Origin: Eutreptiella sp. 'Long Island Sound 2002'
Taxonomy: Eukaryota > Protista > Euglenida
DNA length: 64,000 nucleotides
Assembly: GCA_964036045.1 (NCBI GenBank)
Contig: OZ038378.1
Span: forward strand, 121,334,001 to 121,398,000
Direction: 5' to 3'
Shown: positions 36,416 through 48,400 of the stretch, in pieces
Numbering within the stretch: the stretch's first letter is position 1
Layout: each line of letters begins with the position of its first letter
Made by a program: the position numbers and the translations under genes
Notes under the pieces: generated by a model
Databases searched by the model: none
Told to the model about the DNA's origin: nothing
The model's input: only the letters and a program-made list of their open reading frames with translations

Positions 36416-38779
36416 AGGAAAATGGTGAAGAGGAACGTGGAAAACAAAAAAATGAGGATCCCAGAAAAACTGGTGCTAAAGCGGTCCTGATTGCATGTCA
36501 ATATCGCGTGCAAATCGTCTGCGGTCGCCTGAAAAATTGCAAAACTTGCGAAAAGTGCAAAATTTGCAACAGAATGCGACAGGCTCCTGGCGGCGCACGG
36601 CGGCGGCGGCGACGGCGCTCCGCGTTTGAATCAATTTAAATAAATTCAACTGCCCCATTTGAATTTTTTCGATGGTTCAAATCATACAAATGCGGTTCAA
36701 ACAGGGTCCCGTAGCATGCGGTCAAGTCAGTCATGATGCCACCCCGCTGACTTCCGGCACAGCCCCGGGGCGCTGCCGCCAGTGCCCGCCACACCACCAC
36801 GCACACTGGTACCTGCACTCACACCCAGGCACAGGCCAAAGGCCAACGACCCGCCAATAGACCGTCAGGGGGGCGCTGTACCCATACGCAGCTGTTGGAG
36901 CTGCGGAGATAGGCCCGCACGGAGCCTTCCCTCGTGGGGCTGCTCGGTCGTCCCCGCAGGGAGTTGACGGTGAATCGTCCGCTCAGGCCAGCGGGGGAAT
37001 AGGTGCTGCAAGAAGCATTGGAAGCCATGCTTGACAATGCGCCCCATCAACAAAGAATCCAGCCCTGCCAGCTCTCTGCACCCCAGGACAACCCGCATGT
37101 CCTGAAGCGCCTGCAGGAGATCCTCCAGGCGGCGCGGAAGGGACGAGAGTGCCTATAGTACATATTTCCAAGCCCGCACCCAGTCACAGACACCTCCCAA
37201 CACGCTGCACAGACACGGGCTGCACCGGCACCGCGGTGACACACAGCAGCCCGGGCGCCCCGGGCGCCAAACAGCACGATGCGCACAGCCCGCCGTCTGG
37301 CGGCGCCCACACCCTATCCAACAGGATGCCTTAGGGGGCCACGTGCCAGCGACACTCCCTGCAACCGCCTGCAAAGAGCCTACCACACGACGAGCACGGC
37401 CCAAACACCAACAACCGCAACACGACCAGGAACACCATCCCACCCACATACCCAACCACCCAGCATGGGCATTCACACCACATTCCCAGCATTCAGCCCA
37501 CCTATCACGCCAGACCCCGATACACACGGCCAGACCCAAGCCGCCACCCGCCCAGGGCCACACCCATCGACACGGTCCACAGCCCAACCAGCGCCCGGCA
37601 GGACCTTAGCACAGACACCACGATCGGGGCTCCAGGCGGGACAACCACAGCTGTGGTCCAAACACCGCCCCGAACCCACTGCCACCACAGGCGGTGGCCG
37701 ATCCAGAGCCCTCGGCCGCAAACACCAACCACACCCATGCTGGGGACTGCAGGAGAACTGCCATCCAACACAGCCCACCCCCACTACCGCAAAGCCCGGC
37801 AGCGGACCCGAAAATTCGACCCCAGGGCCCACTTTCCCAACACCCATCACAACCCACAGGCGATATCACCGGCCGCAAGACGGCACAGCTGCCGGGGATA
37901 CACAAGCTAGGCACACCACAAGAGGAAGGCAACACTGCTGCACCGCTGCTCCAACAGCGGAGGCCTGTGCCTGTAGTGTGCGCACGTCCTCTCCCCTTTT
38001 CCTCTCTTTAAAACAAAACAAGAAGCAACAAAGAGACAACAGAACAAGGCAAATAAAAGGGGGGGGACCCCAACAATGCAACCAACACCAGGCGCCAGCA
38101 GCACAATGCGCGCACATCGGTAAACAAGCGCCAAGTGGCCACGGACATCGTGCACAGAACAAACAGGACGTGCACAGTGGTGGACAAGCAAGCCAAGGGG
38201 CCAGGGAAACTACAGACACGTACACACCCAGGGTAGCAGAGGGTCAGGGCACAACAAACCACGCCCCAAGGGTTGGACGAACTGGGGCGACCCAGCCAAC
38301 CCACCGGGCTGATAGCAGAAGCAGTAGTACAAAGACCCTGGTCCGAGGCCGGCCAGGCTGCATCAGGGACGATGGCAAATGTCACCCGGAGACATGAAAA
38401 CAACCGTTGACAGGCGAGCTGACACACGGTTCAGGAGGCGGTCGCCTGCCAAGCAGCGAGGCCCCGCACATTTGGACCACCGGGGTGAGGCGGTCGTACC
38501 ATAGACGCGCAGGGGCAATATCCCCTCCAGTGAGAGTTACGCCGAACGGCTTGGAAGCCTCCCAGAGCTGCCGCTCCAAGGAGGGGAAATGTGGCCCTAC
38601 TCACACACACATGTGGGGATACCTCGGTGCCCGCAACACTGCCTTTCCAAGCACCTGCAGGAGCTGCTCAACAGGCACCTGACCTAGGGCAGTGGCAGGG
38701 ACAGGACATCCCCTTGGTAAGACCTTCATCCTGCCTTATCAAAGGAGGCATCCTGAGCTCCCAAAGATACATAGCTACC

Positions 38780-41700
38780 CACCTCGGTCCGAAACGCGCC
38801 GCTTCATCTGGCAGTGATGCCGGTGTCGGAATAGGTGCTCCCCGACCTTGACCGTATATATATCCTCACCCACTCCCTTCTCACGCTCGGCGGGGACTTG
38901 ATACTTTGCCTGGCGGTGCTCAGAGAGCTTGAATGCACGCTCCAACCACACGGCATCACCGAATTTTTGCTTGGCAACCAGCGCCTTCTCTTGGTACTGG
39001 CACGCTTGGTACGCTTCTGTTGCCCCTTCCTTAGCGCCTCAGTGACCTTCGCTGTGCATTGACCATGAAGATCCTGAGAGTCACGTACGCATTGGCTATG
39101 AGCTCCTCACAGGACCCCCCCTCCCCCAGGGTCTCCCGCGGCAGACCGTGCTCAATAAAATGCCTCCCAAATAGGATCTGTTGAAAAGAATTTCTGGACG
39201 GAACCCGCAGGTTGTGGTACGCCTGGATGACACGCCACATGCGCGTCAGGGGATGGAGACCGGGACACTCAAGGTGAAGCGTCTTCAGTTGCGCGAAGAG
39301 CTGGCGTCGGGCAACTTCGGCGAAGCCATAGGACTGAATGTGGTAGCCCACAGTCCTAGTGTGGTGTATGCCCATCAGTCGACACATGGTACGAATCCTT
39401 GCGCCAGTAAACTTACCCCCGTTGTCACTGTTGATGGCCATAGGCGTGCCAACACTATGGATCAGTGACTAATCATCTGCAGGGCAACTGCTTTTGGCAT
39501 GGGGCCCTTGTGCAGCGCGGGCACCGCTATGCCGTCCCGAATGTGGCGGTCGATGCAGAGGATGACACAGTTCTCTAGCTCTTCTCCTCGTTCACGGGAG
39601 CAAGGACAGCTTGTCCATGGCCACACTCTCCATAGGATGCCCGGCACGGGGATCTAATGGGTGTTGGCGACCTGTGAACCGTTTGGCGCCTTGCTGGCCT
39701 GGCATACTTGGCATCAGTCACAGAGTCCCTTGAGTGTCTTGCGGAATTCGGGAGGAAGCCCGAAGCGCCGCCTTGTGCCCAGGCACATCTTCTTCAGTTC
39801 GGGATGTGGGAACTGTAGGATGTTGCCAATGCGTGTTTCTTGTCTCCTGTCATAAACGAAACACTTCTCGTCTTCAACACAAACACCTGCTTGCCACACC
39901 GGCTCAGACTCGGGCTTTGGGCTGGCTTCCAAATGGCTGGCCCAGACCTCCAACTTGGCGTCGTCTTTGCTCCAATCCTCAGCCATAAACGTCCTCAGGG
40001 GGGTTGCTCTCGTGTTTGCGGGGCCATACTTCGGTGGCGGCTTGCTTCTTGGTTGGCGTTTTGTCTGGCGAGGGGGGCTGCTCGCTTGCTCTGGGGGCCC
40101 TCTGTTCGCTGAGCCATGACGAAGAAGTAACCAGTGTCCCCACACTCCAAGCGCTCCTCCGTTTCAATGAAGCGCTTGGCCTCAGCTGTCTCGGCTGTGT
40201 CTTCATGTATAGAGATGTCAGACAGGTCCTTGCAGGCAAGGTATGCCTACCTGCTCCAGCAATCTGACACTCTCTTTAGCCGGCCCGGCACATACACCAC
40301 CGTAAGGTTGAAGTCTCAAGTGTGTTGTGCGACCGAGCCTGGCAAGCGGTCCCGACGGCGTGTCAGCATGCTCTTTCAGCCAGGGCTGCAACAACTGGTG
40401 GTCATTGCATACCCTCATCGGCCGGCTTCCGATGTTGCCCGCCAGGTTTCACAACGTGCAGAGAATAGTGTATGCCTCCTTCTCCGATGCGTCCACATTC
40501 CTTACTGACCAGCAGCCAGGAAATGGCTCCAAAACGCCACAGGGACATCGCTTCCATCATGCTCGACCTGTTCCAGGACTACCCCGACTGTATGGTCTGA
40601 GGCCTCAGACCTGAGCACGAGCCCGTTATCCGGTTCCAGGAGGTGCAGGCTGAGGGGCTTGAGCAGGATGGCCTTCATGTCATAAAAGGCATTCTCTGGC
40701 TCTGGCGTCCAGGCTAAGTCCTTCTTGCCCCCCTCTTTGCCACTCTCTTGGCCCACTTGCAACAGCTTGCTCAGGGGGGCCGCATGCGGCGGAACAGCAG
40801 TTGTGAAGCCCCAGGCACGCCCTCATCCTAGTGATGTTCTAGAGCCCTCCCGAGTTGAGGACGGACATCGGCTTTCCGGAAACTGAATCCATTGGCCTCG
40901 GACCTGCCTGGCAACTCCACCTCTCTCAGAAAGAGAAGTGCCTTTGCACCGTTGCACCACAGCGGATGCCTGCCGAGGATGATCAGGACACGGCGGAGAT
41001 CAATGAAGTGGGCCCTGATGAGCTCATCACCTGGCATCTCTGGCGTCGCGCTGCAGACAATGATGTCCTCCACCAACGCATTTCGGGTCTCAGGGAATAT
41101 CCTCTGTCATATGCTGGAATTTGGTGTTGCTGTTTCGCACCCCCATCGGCATCATGTTGCAGCGCATGAGCCCAAGGAGGTTCGACATGGCGGTGGCGTC
41201 CTAGGAGCCTTCACAAGGAGCATCGAAACCACCCGTGGTTGTGGTCGACGACACCAAAGATCCGCTTGCGTTGCGGCTTCTGCAGCCGGTTGTCGAAGAG
41301 ATGCACGGAATAGCCCTGGTGTTTGCACTACAAATTCAGATCACGGTAGTCCACAATCAGCCTCCACTCACCCGTCACCTTCTTTGGGATGACAAAGCGG
41401 GGTGGAGCCCACTGCATGGAGCACGGCTCAGTCCACACTCGCTCAATGAGCTCGGTCAGGATCTTTACCATGGCCTGCTGGCGCTCCCCCTTCATGTGGA
41501 GGTCCAGGTGACGTTGGCGCCGGTATCCCTGATTCAGGGGTATGGTGGCCCTTTCGAATGCCCCCCTCACGGGCAGTTTCTTGCAAGTCTTGCCACTGAG
41601 AATGTCTTCGTAGATCTTGAAGATCGCATCCATCTTGGCCTGGTACTTGGGATGATCCGTCAATGACTTGGCCTCCTTTGGCACGTTGACAACCAATCTT

Positions 41701-42660
41701 GCCACCCCCTGCTTGAACTCTGGCGTCTCTAAGCCGGGCACCCACGTCCTGTGGCCGTCGCCCTCGAGGGTCCTGACTCCGACATGAAAAACTTGGCGAC
41801 CGTTGGCTGCGGGTTGACGTTCATGATTGTGTAGTGTGGGACAATATAGGTCGCCCCATGTCAATGGATTGGATCCCAGTGGTTCATCCTGGTCTTCCAA
41901 GTGCTCAAACACAGATGCCAGGAACTCATTCCTCGTGAAGTGTCCCGTAAGGAGAGCAGGGTCTTCCAAACAGGGCTTGGCAGGTGTTCCCTTAGACGGC
42001 ATCGCCACAGGCATGGGGTTGGATATATTCACACACCATACCGTGCCCATCCGGCGACAGGGCGTCGCGCACCATGTTTAGGGGACAATACAAGCCATCA
42101 GCTGACTTCGCCCCAGACAATGCTGGCACGGGCATGATCTGAGTGATGCTGCGGTCCAGGTGATCCAAAATTGTACATCCCTCTGGGTGCATTGCTGCCA
42201 TAATGCAGGCCATAGCCATGTCCCGATCTGGGTGAGCAAGGAACCCATCCATGTATGCAACAGTTGCGGTGCAACCTTTTTTTTGGACTCTGCATCCCGG
42301 CGTTACCACTGGGTTGCTAGGGGGCTCTGGCTGTGGTGGCTTATAATCTCCAAGTGTGGTCCAACAGGTGGCAGGCGGTAGTAGCGGGCTCCCCCTGGTG
42401 TCCACCAAGACATCCATGGTCGTGGGGAGTTGGGTGTCTTTCGGGGTCATACAGCTAAGATCCTCCATCCACGGGTCGTCCTGGGCGTCCTCAATCCCAC
42501 AAAGGGGGATGGTCATAACAGCCCGGGCGCAGTCGCGGGCAATCTTCGCTGCAATGCGCCCCAAAGATCCAAGTGGAGCATGGATATACAGCGTATCCCA
42601 GGAATCGCTGCTTGCACCACGCTTCCATCCATTGCGGTTTCCCGAAAATGAACGTATTCT
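38780..42660 (-). mobile_element. pol: Ty3/gypsy lineage B, copy B2 (MTase-like-RT-RH-INT), 5'-truncated
   Basis: RT FVIPKKVTGEWRLIVDYRDLN and VEDIIV; RNase H SEASDHTVGVVLEQ...PVAFWS; integrase INSDNG (39031..39441). Many stops and frameshifts. Confidence 0.88.
42355..42655 (-). pseudogene. C-terminal half of Dam-like domain in lineage B pol
   Basis: NGW...SWDTLYIHAPLGSLGRIAAKIARDCARAVMTIP...DPWMEDL...QLP...G...W in ORF 41992..42672, the same pattern as in C and D. Confidence 0.55.
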
Positions 42661-42667
42661 TATAATA

Positions 42668-42772
42668 TGCATATCCTGCCGTATCTTGTTGTATCCTGCC
42701 TACTGCTGTCGTATCCTGCCGTATACTGCTGTATCCTGCCGTATCCTGCTTTCCCTGCCGTATCCTGCCATA
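42668..42772. repeat. About ten degenerate copies of the 10-mer GTATCCTGCC
   Basis: Directly visible. Sits at the point where lineage B homology ends. Confidence 0.9.
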
Positions 42773-42829
42773 AGCTTTGACCATGGGACGCAAATGACCC
42801 TAAACTGGCCCGCCGGAAAATTTCCATTA

Positions 42830-44310
42830 GTTCCACTTATTATCAGCACCTGACACTATTGTCACCTGTCCTTCTCCGCAGGCAATTGCACTGCGGAGCT
42901 GAACCCAACAGCCTCCGAAGGTAGACCTCAACAGTCTCCTCTTCCGCATGATCCGGTGGCAGGTCCTGTGTCTCTGGTGCTCTTGCTGAGATAGTCTGCG
43001 ACTGAGCAAGTGGATCCTAAGCAATCACAACACCTGAGTCACTGTCCTGATTTGCATCCTCCTCAATCTGCGCGACGTGCCTCCAGCGTGGCTCATCCAA
43101 ATGACGCTGCCAGTCCCCGATCCAAAGTGCCAGCTCCCCTGCATCAGTGGCATGTCGTTGGTGCCTGCTTTGAACACCAGACCTTTTGCATGGCGTACGA
43201 ATTCCAAAACCCTGTGCATACGCAATTTTGAAGCTGAGGCAGTGCGGTGTGCACCTTCCCTTGCTGCAGTTCTTTACCACTGATACGTAGCATGTGCTGC
43301 CCGGCGCCTTGCAGCGCCGCTGAGGTGCACGACCACTGGTGGCGTGCCATGTCCCTGTGCTCGGCTGCCAGCCCGCTGCACTTTGACGCATGAGGTACCT
43401 GGCCAGTGTGTGCTTCTGCCCCTCCAATGAACTGGGGCCAAGGCCAAGAGCTGGCCCAATGGCAGACTCCTCCTTCCCAGTTGCACGCTCAGCCTTCTCC
43501 AATTGCTCTTGTTCTCGCCGGGCAGGCGCATCCTGCAAAGTGGTGACAAGGACATCAAACTTTATTTGATCTGCAGTGGATGATGTGGCCCCTCTCTGAG
43601 AGAATATGGCCAGCCACAGCGATCTCGCAATTTGTTTCCAGGTGTCCAACTACAGATCACTGTGGTCCCAATACACAGCGTACCAAGCATAATCGCAAAG
43701 AAAAGTGCCATGTCCATGCGGCCCAATGCGCGCAGCTATCCACTGAGGCGTTTAGTCCTTGGGCAGCACGTTGCAAATGCGTGTGAAGTTTCTTCCAGGG
43801 CGGCAGAGCAACAACCTTTTGAATGAATCCGTAGTTCTCTGCCCACGCACCCGCCTCATGTTGGACGCCCTGCACAGAGGAGTAGAAGTGTGTACCATAG
43901 GTGAGCCCTTGTAGCAGGGTCGCTGCATTCACGTGCTCTCGGGTTGTCTGCCATGCTCTGGCATTGTTCGCCGGCACCCGTCTCATGTTGGACGGACTGC
44001 ATAGAGGGGTAGAAGCGTGTAACACAAGTTCCAAGGAGCCCTTGTAGCGGTGTTGCCGCTTTCAAGTGCTCTCGCATTGTGCGCCAGCACTCCGCACACC
44101 GAAACTTGTTAAGAGTGGAGTACCATTAAGCACCTGTCCCGTCACTTGGCTCTTTTCGCAAGACCCATGGATTGCAGCGCTCTCAGCGCTGCCGTCACTG
44201 TTGTATTCATGGACAGCACATATCTGAGAGAAGGAAAGGGGGATGTTATTAGCATTCTTAGCATTATTATTACGCTATTGCTTTCTTGCTTCTACGCTGT
44301 GTAATTGTTC
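42830..44310 (-). pseudogene. Decayed gene remnant, possibly a hAT-like transposase
   Basis: Weak similarity to the hAT dimerisation region (HWP...ATYQW*RT...R...LEFVRH, 43170-43400). Internal duplication of about 120 nt (43850-44090). GT-AG intron candidate at about 44225-44273. Confidence 0.3.
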
Positions 44311-44829
44311 AAGTCTAGGAGGATCTCTCTCCTAAGCGGCGCCTGTACGCCATGCCGCTCCTCTCTCAGCAATGCCGCTCCTGAATGACACCGGGTACAG
44401 AATGGGATTTCTACTGTTCCCTGTAGCGAATTCTTTTTTCGCATTGGAGGAGTTCGTAATTACAATATCTCTCCTACTTTGACATAAGTCGCCGATGTTT
44501 CCCGTAACGAAAACTTTCGAAACGCGCTTCCATAGCCAAGCCCAATAACAAGGGATTCACGCATAGTAAGAAAACATGTATTTCCCTGCCAAAAGGTAAG
44601 CTTTGGTTGTGTTAGAGATGCCTAAAGGCATACTACATTTTCATCTTAGTCTTGGCCAATCCGAAAAGGAGTGATAAGGCCTTTTGACCTATAAAAGCAA
44701 GCATTGAACTGTGGATGTTATGTGGACCCCTGGACCCCCAGCTGATTGGACTTAAGCACCATTTCCTGGACTGACTGAGGTGCTGACATTAATCCAGAGC
44801 CTATACATGTTTGTATCTTTTTTCATGAA

Positions 44830-44912
44830 GGCTTAGCTATCCTAGTGGTCTGCACCCTAGGGAGCTGGGGCACCTCTTTTTGAGAGGTTCTGGGTTCAAT
44901 TCCCAGTCAGCC
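44830..44912 (+). pseudogene. tRNA-derived remnant (pseudo-tRNA or SINE head)
   Basis: Perfect T-arm CTGGG-TTCAATT-CCCAG, 5/6 acceptor pairing GGCTTA/TCAGCC and an A-box-like CTAGTGG. Anticodon arm not intact. Confidence 0.4.
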
Positions 44913-45416
44913 TAGCTAAGTAGGAAGATCTCATGTGACATGGCAGTGACCTCAGCGCCACAAGCCATGCCACCTCAGCAGCTATGTGACCCCAAACAGA
45001 GAGTGCAAGTCTCCAGATGGCACTAGAAAAGAGAGAGTGCCCATGTGGGCAGTTTTCCCATGATTGTAGGGGATTTTCCAAATATCTTGTCCTAAATATG
45101 TAGTTATGGTAGTTTCCCTTGTTGATACACTATCTCCTTTGACTGCAGCCCTTGATGTTGTACATTTGATCCCGTGTTTCCTCTCTTGCACTGTGGGTAC
45201 TTGGAGGTGTTGTTTATTTCAACAAAACATTTATACTTTGGAAAGCCTGAGCTACATCAAGAAGCAGCAGGAGCAGGCAGAGGCACAACAAAACAATATC
45301 ATCAAAACAATCAACAGTGGAAGCCTGTTTTAACTTTCTGATAGCAGACATTTTGAGCCTTTGCGTACCCGCAACCCCGTGCAGTATAACCAGTACTTAG
45401 AGACTGACAACAAGTC

Positions 45417-48400
45417 TGAAGGGCGGAAGAAAACCTTATGGATACCAAGGACACTGCCCAGAAGACAGCGCCCGCAGTGGCACCAGCAAAACCAGCACTG
45501 AAGCCCCGACCTGGTGAACCTGAACCCGAGGAGCCTGTACCTTCAGTGCCCTCAAGTGGGCTTGTCGACGATTCCCTGGAGGGCTTGGGAGCGGCGTTCA
45601 GGGGACTTTCCGTTGGAGGACCTGAAGGCAAAGGGAAGGAGAGGGAGCAGGAAGCAGTGTATATGGGAGTCGAAGAGGAAGAATTTTGGAATGAACAGGA
45701 ACCATCCGATGAGGTACCCTTCGATGACAGACCTGTTGAGAGCGCGCCGAGCGCCACTGATCACCCTGCAGTACCCTCTCCAACAACCAATACACTCTCA
45801 GCCACACATCCAGTGACATCCTCAACCACAACCACTCCTCCTATGATTGAGGGTCTAGGGTTTACTGGTATGCCCCACCGCACCTATGGTGTGACTCCAG
45901 CCGCGACTGTGCGACCTATGGCGACTGAAGTCAGCGAACCAGTGGCATCCAGGTAGGTAGGTAGGTATCTTCGGGAGCTCTGGATGCCTCCTTTGACATT
46001 GCAGGAAGAAGGTCTTACCAAGGGGACGTCCTGTCCCTCCCACTGCCCTATGTCAGGTGCCTCTTGAGCCGCTCCCGCATGTGCTTGGGAAGGCATTGTC
46101 GCGGCCACCCGGTCCATGTGTCCCAGGTGGGAGGGTGTCCCCACATGTGTCCATGGGTAGGGCCACATGCCCCCTCCTTTGGGCGGCAGCTCTGGGGGGC
46201 TGCCCAGCCGTGTGGAGAATCTCTCACCACGAGGGGTATTGCTCCCGCTTGTCTACGGTACGACCGCCTCACCCTTGTGGCTTGAGTTGCGGGGCCACTC
46301 TGCTTGGCAGGTGACCCCCTCCTGGACTGTGTACCGGCTCGCCTGTCACCGGTTGCTTCCATGGCTCCAGGTGACGTTTGCCATGGTCCTCGATGCAGCC
46401 TGGCCGGGCTCGGACCAGTGGCTTTGGAGTACCGCTCCTGCCACTGGCCCGGTGGGTCGGCTGGGTCGCCCCAGTGAGTCCGACCCATGGGGTATTGGTT
46501 CTTTCCTGTCCCTCGGCTGCCCTACGTGTGTGCAGCGTCCTGGGCCGTTGGGCTCCTGTTCACCGGTGTGCCCGCGCGGTTTGCTGTGGTGCGTCTGCGG
46601 TGTCCTGGGCCAGCTGGCTCCTGTTCACCGGTGTGCCCGCTCGGTGTGTTGTGTCGCATGTGCGGTGTCCTGGGCCCCTGGGCTCCTGTTTACCGGTGTG
46701 CGTGCTGTGTGCGGTGCGCGTGTGCCATGGGTGGATGTGTCCCTCTTCCTCCCCCCCTAATGTTCGTTTTTTTTTTTTGTTTTTTTTTTTTTTTCCTGTT
46801 TTCTTTTTTTTTTTGAAAAAAGAAAAAGAAAAAACAAAAAAGAGGAAAACAGAGGCGCGCGTACACTGCAGGCACAGGCATGGGCAGCTGGTGCGGCGGT
46901 GCTATAGCGTTGTGTCCTCTGGCGTGTGTCGCCGGTGCTGTGGCGGCGGTCGCGCCCCAGGGGTGCGGCTCGCGTGTCCTGATGTACATGGGTATGGGTC
47001 AGGGTGGGTTTGGTTAGGTGTCTCTTTGCTTCTGGTGCTGGCTGGTTAGGCGGCTGTGTGGGCTGTGGCTGTGGGCTGTGTCTACGCATTTCCCTCAGCG
47101 GGCCTGGTTTGGAGTCAAGGGTTGACGGTTTCGGGATGTGGCTCGGGTTTGATTTGTGTTGGGGCTTCGGCCCGGTTTGGCTTGGGTCAGGGTGGGTTTG
47201 GTGAGGTGTCTCTTTGCTTCTGGAGCTGGCTGGTTAGGCGGCTGTGTGGGCTGTGGGTGTGGGCTGTGGTTGCGTTGTTCCCTCGGCGGGTTTGGTTAGG
47301 AGTCAAGGGCTAGCGGTTTCGGGGTGTGGCTCGGGTTTGATTTGTGCTTGAGTTCTGGCTCGGTTAGGCGGTTGCGCGGGGCCGGGCGTGTGGGTAGCGG
47401 CGTCCACAGAGTCGTGCGCCCGAGGCGGGTGCGGGGTGGTGCGTGCGGGCCGGCCGTTGGCCGGTGGCCTCACTGGGAGTCCCACACGGAGGGGTCGACG
47501 GGCGTGCCGGGGGAGTACGCAGCGTGCAGGTTGGGCAGCAGCGGGCGCACGTGCAGGGCGTCGGCGTGCCCGATGGGGACCTCACTGAGGACCGAGGGGT
47601 TGGCGGCAAGTAGTATGCGATGCCCGGGAGGGGTGGTGGCGGGGAGCGGGAGGATGTCCGCGGCCCGCGACGTGGGGGCGAACACGGCGTGGGTCGGGTG
47701 CGGCCCCGGGAGTGGTGCTGGGGGGAGCGGGACCACAGGACGGCGGTCTACTGTGAGGTGCCAAGTGCCGCGATGGTGGAGGAGCCGGACTAGGGCGATG
47801 CTGTGGCGCAGTGTGTGGGGCTGGGTGCTGGGCGGCGTGGGGACGTGCGGCGGGAGGGGGGGGGGGGCGGGGCGGTGGCGTGGGAGGGGGCACGGCGGAG
47901 GAGTGACGTCAGTGACGTGTGTGTCGTGCTGAGGGTGGAGAGGAGCCCACGGTATCGGGCCCGGGTCCAGTGGCATCCAGCTCCCCCTACACCGGTATTT
48001 GTTAGTCTATAACGCTGTCGCTACGATGATGGCTATCACGAACCCGCTACGGGTGTGTACATGACCGGTATACCTGGCTATGCAGCGCCTGAGACTGGCT
48101 ATACCATGCCAGCACCTGGCTTCATCTCTCTGAGTGGTCTACGTGGCCCTGAGGTGTCTGGCGGAAGGAGCAGAGGATCAGGAAGATCCTGAAACAAGTC
48201 CCTGAAGCGGTCGGAGATACGAGAAGCTCTTCAAGGATCCACTGCAGGCCTAGTTGGCGCTCTGACTCAAGAAATTGAGGCCAAATTGGAGCCCCTGATT
48301 CCTCCCCAGGGGTCACCTACCGCCATTGGAGCTTTACCACATCCTCCACAAGCCAACCATCTGGTGGCGGGACTAACTCGCACCCTGGGAGGCGAAAGGA

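Larger units (their letters stand above)
29217..36738 (-). mobile_element. 7.5-kb DNA transposon T with Transib/RAG1-like transposase and multi-exon cargo gene
   Basis: Removing it restores family A sequence (GCTCACACCCCGCTGAC vs GCCCACAGCCCGCTCAC in A2). TSD is CACCC (29212-29216 / 36740-36744) or 6-bp ACACCC/CCACCC. Imperfect TIR CATGGTGATAGAAGTGACCGC vs CATCATGACTGACTTGACCGC (15/21). Confidence 0.85.
28575..38779 (+). mobile_element. Family A, copy A5, split by transposon T; 3' end joined to B2 integrase
   Basis: 28575-29216 matches 8966-9600 (reverse). 36739-37335 matches 8345-8950. 37335-38779 matches 1-1170 and 14863-15968. Tail AGATACATAGCTACC at 38765-38779. Confidence 0.8.

Noticed and set aside
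29260-36705. TTC/GAA clusters as heat-shock elements
   Set aside because: The spacing does not fit contiguous inverted nGAAn pentamers.
37279-38397. Long P/T/H-rich ORFs in the family A 3' region (also 441..1034 and 14954..15997)
   Set aside because: The strand is T-poor so stops are rare, frames are not conserved between copies and there are no motifs.
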